In this document: piece after piece, positions 1 through 11,400 of the stretch | Numbering within the stretch: position 1 is the stretch's first letter | How the letters are laid out: every line of letters begins with the position of its first letter | Assembly (NCBI GenBank): GCA_045837725.1 | Contig: JBEWZL010000216.1 | Span: forward strand, 1 to 64,000 | Reading direction: 5' to 3' | DNA: 64,000 bases | Source of the DNA: Vermamoeba vermiformis | Taxonomy: Eukaryota | Notes under the pieces: model-generated | Seen by the model: the letters and a program-made list of their open reading frames with translations, nothing else | Told to the model about the DNA's origin: nothing | The model's database searches: none | Made by a program: the position numbers and the translations under genes

Positions 1-57
1 AATCTAATCCTGACGTAAACGAAAGATTTATTCTCGAGCCTGTCGTGAGATCTGTTT

Positions 58-282
58 CTGATTCAGGAGATGATTTGTTTAGCACTGGCAACAAATCAAT
101 TTCTGGCTCAAGAAAGGATTTGTTGACCATTGACAGGTGATTCATCCCAAGACAAGATTTATTAACCACTGCTAATTCATTCGTTCCTGAATCAAGAAGG
201 GATTAATCTACAAACACTAGCAAGTCCAATTCCTAAACAGATTTATTCCCAGGTATCCTTTTGTGGTTCAAAAAGGGATTTT
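58..282. repeat. Degenerate copies of a dyad-symmetric motif (consensus about AATCCCTTCCTGA-N-TCAGGAAGGGATT), left cluster
   Basis: ctgattcaggagatgattt (~59), ttctggctcaagaaaggattt (~101), ttcctgaatcaagaagggatt (184-204), tttgtggttcaaaaagggattt (~260). The same motif recurs at 3070-3938. Confidence 0.65.
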
Positions 283-369
283 ATTTAAATCAAATTTTGC
301 GGAGACCAACCAGCCCTAAACCACCCTAATCTCAGACCCTAACCGTGGCTCGATCAGCGACAAATGTTT

Positions 370-500
370 GGGCACCTACGATTCCGTGGGCACCTAAATT
401 TCCGTGGGCACCTAGGTTTCCGTGACTGGGCACCTAGAATTCCGGGCACCTAGAATTCCGTGACTGGGCACCTAGAATTCCGCGCACCTGGGATTCCGTG
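370..500. repeat. Short tandem repeat, about 7 copies of a 16-22 bp unit GGGCACCTAGAATTCCGT(GACT)
   Basis: Directly visible repeated gggcaccta...ttccg units with no unique spacers. Confidence 0.9.
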
Positions 501-504
501 GGTC

Positions 505-2640
505 AGGCCAGGTCCACCAAATTGACTGGGGACTTCGAGAGGATATGCACAAGCTACCAGCGTATCTCTTGCATGATGAATGGGGGAAGTTAGGTGTTGG
601 ACCAAGGTCAAGACCCAGGTCGGTCCGGAGAGGGGTCTGGGTCGGGAAATGCAAGGGGCAGGAGGGCCAGGAGGGGGGTCAAGTGGGTCAACCAAATCGA
701 GTGGGGACTTCAAGGGGATATGCACAAGGTACCAGCGTATCCTCGGTGCGAAGAAAGGGGTGGGTGAGGTGTCGAAGGAAGGTTGTGACCCGGTGGGTCC
801 GGAGAGGGGTTTGATGGGGAAAGACGGGGGTCCGAGGGGGAAAGTACAGGGCTGGGGGCAGACAAGGGGGTGGTCAGGGTGGGTCAACCAAATGGAGTGG
901 GGACTTCAGGGGGGATATGCTGGAGGTACTGGGGTATCCCCTGCATGAAGAAAGGGGGAGGTTGGTTGTCGGCCTGAGGTCAAGACCCAGGTCAGTCCCA
1001 GGAGGTTATGGGTTGATTCGATTGTACAAGGGGAGGTTCAATCAAGCAGATACATGGGAGGCACCAGGGTATCCCTGCAAAGAAAGGGGGAGGTTAGGCA
1101 TTGGACCAAGGTGAAGACCTGGGACAGTCCCAAGAGGGGTCCTGATGGGAGCTGAGGGGTCTGGGTGGGAAATGCAAGGGGCAGGGGGGTTGGGAGGGGG
1201 GTCAGGGCATGTCAACCAAATTGAGTGGGGACTTCAAGGGGGATATGCATGAGGTACCAGCATATCCCCTGCATGAAGAAAGGGGGAGGTTAGGTGTTGG
1301 ACCAAGGTTGTGACCTGGGTAGGACAGGAGAGGGGCTTGATGGGGAAAGTATGGGGTGGGGGTGGGTCAGGAGGGTGGTCAGGGGTGGTTCAACCACATC
1401 AAGAGGGAATTTCAAGGGGATATGCACGAGGTACTTGCGTATCCCCAATGTGAAGAAAGGGGTGGGTTAGGTGTTGAAGGAAGGTCATGACCCAGGTCAG
1501 TCCTGAGAGGGGTCATGGTGGGGAGCCAAGGGGTTCAGGTGGGGAGGTGCAAGGATCTGGGCAGGTTGGAAGGGTGCTCAGGGTGGCTCAACCAAATTGA
1601 GTGGAAACTTCAAGGGGTGAGGAACCAGGGTATCCCCTCCATGAATACAGGGGAGGTTGGTTGTTGGCCTGAGGTCAAGACCCAGGTCAGTCCCAAGAGG
1701 TTAAGGGTTGATCAGATGAAGGGGAGGTTCAATTGAGCACATGGGTGGAAAGAGGGGGAAGTCCCATGTCCAGGCAGGTCGTCAGCTTGGGTGTGTGGCA
1801 TGGGACCTTCAAGGGGGATGTGCAGCAGGTGTCAGGGCATCCACGGAGTGAAAGATGGGGGGAGTTAGGTTCCCACCCATCCTACCTTCTACCCAGCCAC
1901 GTCAAAGCCCATAAGGTCAAACCTACAGGGCAGGGCAGGACCAAGCTGAGGACTGTCTAGGGGGACTCACAGTGGGGAGAGGTGCCAGGTGTGGTGAATG
2001 TAGGCCTCTCACAGTGAACGAGGCAGAGGTTATGGACAGAGGTAAAATATTTGTGCGCCAGGTACTGGGACCTGAACCTCAAGGTCAAAACTTGAAAAGA
2101 GGGACAAATGCAATCTCACTTACCTGGTCTTCCACCAAGAGGTTGATTGTTATGCACAACAGTAGTTTGGGGGGTTAACCAAATTACATGGGACTTCAAG
2201 GCAAATCTGCACAAGGTGTTGGGGTATCCCTTGCACAAAGCAAGAGGGAGGTTGGGTGTTGGACCAAGACCTGGGTCAGTCCCAGGAAGTTGAGGTTGAT
2301 TTGATTAGATGAACAGGAGATTTGATTGAGCAGGCCCAGGCAGCAAGGCTAGTCATCTGGGTGGGTCAATGAGATCGAGTGATAGCTTTGAGAGGGGTGT
2401 GGGAGGTTCTGGGGTAACCCCTGCATGAAAGGGGGTGTTAGGCAAAGAAGTATTGCCCAGGAAGAGTCAACTGGATTGACCCAGAGGGAGAAGTCCAGAT
2501 CCAGGGTGGCAGGTGGGCGATAGCTACAGAGTGGGCCAGTCCCAATCACAGGGTCACCCTTCAAAGCTGGGTTGAGCAGACAGGGTGGCTGAAGGTGGGA
2601 TGTGATGGGTCAACAACTGTTTGAAGTGGGATACCCTGGC
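505..2640. repeat. G-rich tandem satellite with ~175-195 bp units, decaying rightwards
   Basis: Recurrent tcaaccaaattgagtggggacttcaaggggatatgcacaaggtaccagcgtatccc...gaagaaagggggaggttaggtgttggaccaagg at about 513, 688, 884, 1212, 1390, 1588 and 2176, plus partial copies. Strong G-run bias on the + strand. Confidence 0.9.
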
Positions 2641-3069
2641 AACAAATAGACATGAAGTTAGTTCTATTGGAGATTGGAGTTACAGGCACTCAAAAAAGAG
2701 CAAGCAGAAATTTGTCTACAGCTGCCAGGACTTTGTCCAGGTAGTAGTGCGCACATACAAAGGTCACCAGTGGTGCCTGAGGAGTGTGGTGGTCCTGGCC
2801 TGTAGCACCTACAGCCTTCATCGTTCAAGGTAATTGTCAGACCCTTTGAAGAGGGAACAGAGCAAGAGATGTGCCAAGGTCTCCATCAGGCAACTGTTGA
2901 CAATTCCTCAAGGATCAACCCCTTGACCAGGTCAGACCTGGGAGTCTGATGGGAGGCCAGCTCTTGGCTTACAAGTCAGGGAACCAACATGATAGGTTGC
3001 AAACCATTAACCAGACATGATAATTGAGCTTGGCAAAGTCCAGTACTTCCAGTTCAGCTTAGTTGACCT

Positions 3070-3938
3070 CCCTTCCTGAGTCATAAAGGGATTAGAAAAT
3101 GGCATGCACTCAAAAGGAGACCGAGTTCATACCTGTGTTTTTTATCGAATTGAAGGTTTCTTTTCTCCTTGCTTTAACAAGTTCAAGATCTGGGTAGCTT
3201 GGGTAGATCACCTGTAAACTCGAATTAGAATCTCTTCTTGGGTCAGGAAAGGATTATCTCACTGCAACTTTAATCTTTCCCCTCTCTGACTCAGGAAGGG
3301 ATTTTCCCTCTCTGATTCAGGAAGGGATGCTTAATTGTGAATAACACTTAAAATTTACTGTTCCCTTCCCTATCTGCAAATATTGTACTTATGACATCTT
3401 TGCAGATTTTCCTTTTACTGGGTAGCACCTGGGCTGTTTTCTTGTCGTCAAGCGTGGTGTTGTGTTTGTTGGGGTGAGCAAAATGAATTTCTTGCTTTCC
3501 AAACATTACTTTTGAATTTCCTCCCTTTTTATTTAGGGAGGATATTTTTTCCCTCCCTGGCTCATAGAGGGAAGGTTTTCTGCCAATTTTCATGTTGCTT
3601 CTCAAGTTGAAAATCCCTTACTGCTTAGCAATTTGTCTTGGAGGAATTGGGGGGAAACCCCCCCACACCCCCCAGCAACATTTTTTCTCATTTTTTCTTT
3701 GCTTTTGCCTTGCTGAAACCCCTTCAATCTCTGATTTTGTCCAGATTTTTCCTGATTTTCTGTTGTTTTTGCCTGATTTTCCCTCAATTTTGGAATTTTT
3801 GCCTCAATTTCCTTCATTTTTCCCTTTGTTCTTTCGAAATCCCTTCCTGTCTCAGGGAGGGATTGCCTTGTAGGGGGAGGGATTTTCATCACTGCCTGTC
3901 TTTCTTCTTGAATTCCCTTCTTGAGCCAAAGAAGGATC
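3070..3938. repeat. Dyad-symmetric motif, right cluster, plus a G6-AAA-C7 hairpin
   Basis: cccttcctgagtcataaagggatt (3070-3093), ctctgactcaggaagggatt (~3284-3303), AATCCCTTCCTGTCTCAGGGAGGGATT (3838-3864), aattcccttcttgagccaaagaaggatc (3911-3938); ggggggaaaccccccc at 3649-3664. Confidence 0.7.
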
Positions 3939-4565
3939 GTCTTTCGAAAACAGCTTTCACAACCCTAACCCCGATGTTTTTTGATATTTCTCATATAAAT
4001 TAATTTATGGTACTAATTAATAAAATAATTTACTTATAATCGTTGCACTCCTCCTCGCCACTATTCAGTAGAATTTCAGATGCGCATAGGTCGCTAAAAA
4101 AAAATTTAAATATTTGTTGTTAATTTATATTTATTATATATGCACAAATTTGCCGTGAATTAATTATTTTATATTATAATTTAACCTACCTTGTTGTTAT
4201 TTGTCCAAGACTTTCAAGATCACGTGGCGACCAGCTGGATTTGGCGGTTGGTTTGCCTATCCATCGCTGCAAACCCTTAATTAATAATATAATAGCTATG
4301 CCGACAATAAAATATAACATTATTGGTGTCGGCCCGTTCTCGATCAAAAATGAATAGAAATTTTTTGAACGTAAACATTTGTTGTGAAAATAAATTGGAT
4401 CAAACACTAAAACTTATCCAAAAAGGTCGGAAGTGCTTGATATACAGTCGTGTTTATAAGCGCTTATTACTATTTGGTAATTATGACACTTACTTGTAAA
4501 CATCCTTGTTTTCACCAGATGGCAAGTAGATTTTAGCTACTTGTACACACATTAACCAATCAATA

Positions 4566-5121
4566 GGTCTTCAAAGAATGCTGTTTGGGATTCAGTTCAA
4601 TTTGATGTATGTGGTTGCTGGTTTTACTTCTTGTGTAGCAACCTTGTTTTGGCTTTGCACTGTGCACAAGGCAAAGGACACACTTGAAGACATGTAACTA
4701 CTAGCATTCAAGTGCAGGCAGCTGAGCCCCACAATTATGAAAAAGACCTTTGAGGATAAATGAAATGAAACAAGACACTTCACTTTTCACAGAGGCAAAG
4801 CCAAAACAAGGCTTGTTACAATTCATCAGAGGTGACCTCAGTGTGGTTCAATGCTGCAAAACAGGTTTTTGCACATTTCAAAGTAGTATGACAATTATTA
4901 TTGAGTAGCAAAAGATTGGATCAAGAAAAATACTGATGTGAACTGGTAGCCAAACTGAGTGATACATTCAACGGCCAACATCACATGATTTTTACCTTGA
5001 TTATTGTGAGTATGCAAAGAGACATAATGAATATATTGTATCAAAATCGACGCTGAAAAAGATCAAAGAAGATATTGGTGTGGTGAAATGGCTGTTTGAC
5101 AGATTTGATTGCACCAAATGA
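4566..5121 (+). pseudogene. Decayed ORF, possibly the N-terminal part of a Sola-like transposase
   Basis: Stop- and frameshift-broken frames give ...FTSCVATLFWLCTVHKAK... and ...FYLDYCEYAKRHNEYIVSKSTLKKIKEDIGVVKWLFDRFDCTK*. These loosely resemble the CTRSWQALYGVHSER and LYLHY...WCDSC segments of the element at 10-14 kb. The region is almost CpG-free. Confidence 0.3.
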
Positions 5122-5643
5122 ATTGAATATTAATTATAAGAAAAATTGAATTCAGCAACATTTCAAAGATTGATACATCAAAAGGCAATTTTACAACCAG
5201 CTACAACAAAGGAGCTTGCTTGACAGCTCAGCGTTGAAACACTATACTCTAAACCAATGGCTGCATTGACAGGCCAAAACTGGATGTTAGGAGGATGATG
5301 ATAGCAACCAGGCAAAGAAGTGAGCAGGCTGCAGTGTTTAAAATAGGTGTGTTTAAATAGCTGGAGCGTTGCTTCTCTTTGCTGCCACTCTGGGTGATGC
5401 CTGTAATGCATGCGAACCCTGTGTACTTCAATGGATCACCAACAAGCAGTAGTTGGATTGGCGAGTTGACTCCATCCACTGCAACCAGCACTTTAGGACC
5501 AAGGCAGCTTGCTATAGTAGCTTCACAAGGAGCTGTTCAGCATCAAGTAGTGCTATCCTGCGCCCAGAGCTGTTCAGCAAACATTAGCAGTAATTGATAC
5601 CATCAACAATCTTTAATTTGATTAGGTTAGAAGTACAATACAG

Positions 5644-8310
5644 CTAGAAATTGTTAGAAATAAGCTGGCACAGGTCGAACATTGTCTACAAAGAAGAAAA
5701 TATTATTATTAATGATGAAACTAGACAAGTTTTACTTACAGGCCTATCAGCAGGGTTTGCTCTCCAACACTTCTCCATTATCTCATGTAGCACAGGGTCA
5801 CAGTCTGGAGGAATTGCAGGTGAGTATGCCTCATCTCTTATCTTTGCAGCTACGTCAAGCTGGTCTTCACCAAAATGAGGCTCGTGGCCATTAACTATTT
5901 CGCTCACTGATGACCATTAGAATGTGCATTGGCTGGAGTATTTGTCACATACCAACTATTCCAAATGTCCAAACATCAGACTTAACACTGTACTTCAGAT
6001 CATGAAGACTTTCAGGAGCCATCCAGCGAATTGGTCCAATATCTGTCTCCGTCTGTCCTTGTTGTGACATATCTTTGAGCACTCTTGACATGCCAAAGTC
6101 AGAGATCTTAGGCTTGCCGATCCCGAGCTTCAAAAGAGTTAACATCGTCGGCAAAACAAATCACAGTTACCAAGATATTTCGTGCAGCCAAGTCGCGATG
6201 AACAATATTGTGACTGTGCAGGTGGAGCAGTCCAAATGCGATACCTTTCACAAGTGCTTTTTGTTCGTCAGTGTTGAGTTGTTGTTTTGACAAAATCTTG
6301 TCGAGACTACCACCGTCGCAGAACTCAAGCACAATGTAAGGGAAATCTGAGTCGAGACTCACTCCAAATGTGCGCACGACATTCGGGTGAGGTGGAAGGT
6401 CGCTGTTACTCGTCAATAAGAAACATCTATGGGCTCTGAGCTTACACAGTGAGCTTCGCTTCTTTCAAGAACACCTCTTTTTCCATTAGCTGAGTACTCA
6501 TTTTGATAGCTACCTCGGCACCCTTCCATTTGCTAGGCACAAATTAGCAAGTTGTGTTTTCCATTCGGCGCCAAACTTACCCGCGGTAGACCTTTCCAAA
6601 GCTTCCTGCGCCGATTTCTGATACGAATTTAAGCTGTTTGTAAGGAATTTGCATCTTTTCGTCGATTTCTGCGTCGCCTTTCTTCGTAGGCATGAGCGAG
6701 TAAGTTGTATCTCCATTACCCCCCTCGGGGTGCTCCTTTTTGTCGCTCTTCTTCTTATCAATCTTCTTCTTGATGACGAGGAAGTAAATTATTAAAAAGA
6801 CACCAACAGCGCCGGCTACTGACAGGCTGACACCGAGACCGATTGCAAGACTATCAACTCCCGGCGGATTAATGACGTTGCTCACGGGGTTGCTCGAAGG
6901 AGTTGACGCAGTAAGTGGAGTCGTCGTGCCTGGGCCAGAATCAGAATAGTTTCCTAGAGCCCAGAAATCAATGCTGGAGTCCGTTCCAATGATTATGTAG
7001 TCGTCAAATACTGTTGCCGATATCAAATCTCCATTGCGTGTAGACTGTTTTTTGGCCAGGACATTGAAGTTATTTGCCGGATCCAGCGCGAAGAGGTTGT
7101 AGCGATTGCTTAGTTGGTCCGCAACTACTAATATCAACGTCCCATCGTTCAACAAGACGCTGAGTGTGCGTTCATATGCGATCAATTCGAAATTGTAATT
7201 GTTACCGTAGTACGATGGAACAGGAACTTGCACTCGTGTTCCTTGATTGGTGGAGCTGACGCAGTAGAAGTCCTACATCATTGGTTATGTTTGTCTACGA
7301 TTATTCGATAGCGTACCGAGGCAATTGCATTGGTGTTATTGAGAACGACAGCCCTGCCACAGAAAAACCAGTGCGTTCTGTTGGAGACAAACGTGCTGGC
7401 GATAGTATCGGTCTGCGTCAATAGCATTGAGCAATCAAGCGGTGAAGTGCACTTGTCGACAATAACTGTCGAAGTGTCAAGCCCAAATTCGTACGAGGGA
7501 TTGAGAGTGGACTCAGGTGTCGTGATCACTCGCGCCATGTAGAACTCCGTTGCTGTTTGAAAGCATCAGCACGTATTATTCGTCTCAAAAAGGACTTACG
7601 TTGTGATTGATGCACGTAGAATTGCATGATGCCCGAGGGTACTGTGTCTAACGACGAGTCATAATAAAACGAGATCTCGGTGCCATTGACAATCCTTCGA
7701 ATCATGTCGCCCTCATAGCCGGCGAACTAATTTAACGTCAAAAATGTAGTAGAATGGTGATATATAGAGCTTACCGATTTATCCAGCATTAGAGTAATGA
7801 CCTGATTTCCAATGAAGACACTAAACGAATCCACGGGAAAAAATTTCTCCAAATTGATGTTATTCGTCATAGTAACGTTTGCGTCGAAGTCTCCTAGATA
7901 GCTGTCGAACAATTCAGTTCCAGCAAACTGGCAGGAAGAAACTCCCATAATCCAACGCAGATCGAAGATCGAGTCTTTAGCGGTGAACAGAACTTTTTCC
8001 GTCAATTCCATATCTGTCATATTCCAAGTGAAAGAATAAAAATTTGCATTGTTGGTGCTGTCGAGCATGCAACCTTTGTAGACACCAGTTAACGGATCCT
8101 TTTCAACTATTCGAATATCTCTAATATCAATAAGGCCTTTATTGAGTAGGACCTGAGGCTTCAGTGAAAGTTGCCCGAACCCTGGAATTTTAGAAGTTAG
8201 TGGTGATTTTTTATTAATTTACTTTGTTGGATGCGTTTACCTAGCGCAACGACAGACGAAGCAAACAATAAAACGATGAAGCATTTGATCAGAACTATTA
8301 CCGTTTGCAT
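5644..8310 (-). CDS. Single-pass receptor-type TKL (tyrosine kinase-like) protein kinase, multi-exon
   Basis: Signal peptide MQTVIVLIKCFIVLLFASSVVA; TM helix LAIGLGVSLSVAGAVGVFLIIYFLVI followed by a basic patch; kinase motifs IGAGSFGKV, HRDLAARN, DFG, GPIRWMAPE, SDVWTFG; GT-AG introns. Confidence 0.92.
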
Positions 8311-8401
8311 ACTTTAGATGTGGTGTCGTGTCGTGCACGAAGTACGCAAGATAAACTGCGAGATTAAAATAAATTTATTTAATTTTCCATATTTGGTAAG
8401 A

Positions 8402-11400
8402 TTACCTAACCCAACTTCTCACCAATAATATCGCATACATCATGCATGGTCTGACGAGCGTAATTAGTACTTAATTTTGCGCTCTTTATTTTTACTTACT
8501 GGTCGTTCCGCCGGATCGGTCTTCCAACACATCTCCATTAGTTCCTTTAACACAGGATCGCAATCTGCCGCAATTGTAGGAGTGTAAGACTCGTCTCTAC
8601 GTAGTTGGTGAGTGAAAGAGAACGCTAAAACTTTGTTCGTACCGGATTTTGCGGGCAACGTTGATCTGATCTTCGCCAGCATGTGGCTCGTGCCCATTGA
8701 CTACTTCACTCACTAATGCGGTGTTAATAACGACTATTATTCTTGGTCGCGATACTTGCCTACAATGCCAAACGTCCAAACGTTGGATTTCACGCTGTAC
8801 ACCGCGTCGCGAATACTCTCCGGAGCCTAAGCGCTATGTTAGTACTCGAATAGTAAGCAATGCTTAACGCACCATCCAACGAACTGGCCCAATGCGCGAT
8901 GCTGTCTGACCTTGTTGTGCACCGTCTTTGAGGACACGAGACATACCAAAGTCAGAGATCTTGGGCTTATTCTCACCGACCTGATTAACGAGATTAGAAC
9001 AGAATATACTGAAGCAGGGGGTATACTTACTAAAATGTTTCTCGCGGCCAAGTCACGATGAACAATATTGTGACTGTGCAGGTGGAGCAGTCCAAATGCG
9101 ATACCTTTCACAAGTGCTTTTTGTTCATCGGTGTTGAGTTGCTGTTTTGACAAAATCTTGTCGAGACTGCCACCGTCGCAGAACTCGAGCACAATGTAAG
9201 GGAACTCCGAGTCGAGACTCACTCCGAACGTTTGTACAACATTCGGGTGAGGAGGCAATTGCCTGTACACGTTAGCGCTATGATTGTCAAAAGTACACCA
9301 CTTACAGGGTCAGCTTAGCCTCTTTCAAAAACGATTCGGCGTCCTTGGAGGATAATCTATTGTTCATTTTGATTGCGACATTTACTCCTCGCCACTCTCT
9401 GTATTGCAGTTTAGTAAGTCGATGAAGGCTAGCGTTACGATCTTACCCGACAAAAACTTTTCCAAAACTGCCAGCGCCGATCTCCTTCGTGAACACAAGG
9501 TCTTTGTATGGAATTAGCAGCTTCTTATCGAATTGTTGCAGCGGTAAATTCTCGACTGCCTCATTGTTGTTCGGTCTGCTGTGTTTCTTGCGTCGTTTTT
9601 TGTCCAAAAGTACCGCTAATACAATTGCGCCGGCGGCTACAGCACTGCCAACAACAAGACCGACAATTAAGCCAGTTTGTTCATCGGGTGTAAGACCAGA
9701 GGGAGACTTTGTCACTGAAGCCGGTGATCCTGGTTTAATATTGAGGTCCAAATTCCACGTGTAGTAATCAATTCCTAATGTCGTCACGACAGCGATGATG
9801 TTGTCTTTGCAGTGTATGGCTCTGACACCGCCGCTTCCAACCACTTGGTTAACCAAACTGAATGAATCAGATGGGAGCAATGCTGACATCGTGTAATTCA
9901 GCCTCTCTATCGCATTCGTTGTCATAATGAACACGTCGCCAATGATGCATGCTTGCATTCCTGCAAGATCAAAGGTACTTGGCTTGAATTCTCCAGAGTA
10001 GATAGCAGTTGGAAGGGCAACGGCGCCGTTTTGTCTAACACCAACAAATGCCTGCGTAATAATTCAGAAAAGTTAATGCGATTTGGAACTTACTGTTGTT
10101 AGCGTTTGAAGGGACACGCCACATCCGTACCAATTGGTACCGTCTGTAGCAATTTTTATAAAGATTCTGTCGAGCAAGCCCACCTGCGTGCACGAAGTTA
10201 ACGAGCAGTCCTCGACCTTTGCTGTCAATGAGTCTCCAATGCTGCTCGCAATAAAGTATCTGGTCGCTGGTGAGTGTAAATAAGGCTAATTATGCACCAA
10301 CGTCAGCGGAGTGTCAAATGTGAGAAAAATAAAGTTTACTCATGTTTATGCACGTTCAATAACCAATTGAGAGAAAATCTCATTACAACAAATTCTTAAC
10401 ACAGTCTACATCTTCCCAAGTCCAGTCTTGTTTCTTTGGCCATCCAACCCACTGAATTAGTATTTTACCATCTTGTTCATGATGAATTTTGTGAACTTTG
10501 TCGCAACTTCTTATCTGTCCTTTCCATCTTTTCAACAAATTATTTGCACTTATCAACTGATTACTGGCCAACCATTCATCATGCTTGTCTTGTGAGAGTT
10601 TTTCATTGTCTGTATCTTTGAATTTTACCTTGTATTCTGTGATTCCATGTCTAATTCGAGCATCCACAATCTGCTGAACATCATACAAAGGAGGATCCCA
10701 AGTGTTCCACTTATCTTCAAAGTCAAGCTTTTGTTCTGGGTTGATATATTGCTTGCATTCTCTCATTGTCTTGATTCAGTCTTTGTTTAATGGTATCAAA
10801 CTGAATTTTGGAAGCTGCAAAATATCCAACTCCATTTCTCCTGAAGTTTTCCGTAATTTATATGGCTCACTCCACTCTCCATCACAATTTGATTTAATTC
10901 TTACACAGCCTTTATGGTCTTTTGAGAACCAAAAGTGGTACTGTTCTGAAATGGCAAAATCAGGTTTTTTGTAATGCTTCTTCAAATGTGGCTTAAAGTT
11001 TACACAAGTTTCAGCTGTGAGATCTTTTACAAGTTGTTGATGCTTAAATGCTGCACTAATGTTGTTAACTAGATCACTGATATTCCACGCATCTAACCCA
11101 ATAATGTGCTTGCCAATCATTCCAAACCAACGGTCAGGTCCAAATTTGGTATGTCCGGCAACCATAAAACTGAAATAAATGTTGTCCGCCCAGCCAAGTT
11201 CAATAGCTAAGCACAGAAATTGTAGTACATATTGGTTCTTATTTTGACCAGAACAGTTATCTGCTGCAAAGTAAAGATCTCTGTCAACCTTTCTGTCAGG
11301 GTCTGTCAAACCACTTTGTTCTAAATGGTGATATAACATAGCAATTACATGTGATGATCCTTTCTTGGTTGGGTTAACTTCTGCATCAACAAAATTCTCA

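Noticed and set aside
313-345. True telomere
   Set aside because: Only three isolated CCCTAA words rather than a tandem array.
370-500. CRISPR or iteron-like repeats
   Set aside because: Head-to-tail short repeats without spacers; no replication or cas gene nearby.
450-3900. Gly/Pro-rich and Phe/Lys-rich ORFs in the left repeat block
   Set aside because: By-products of G-rich satellite and T-rich low-complexity sequence; no recognisable motifs or splice pattern.
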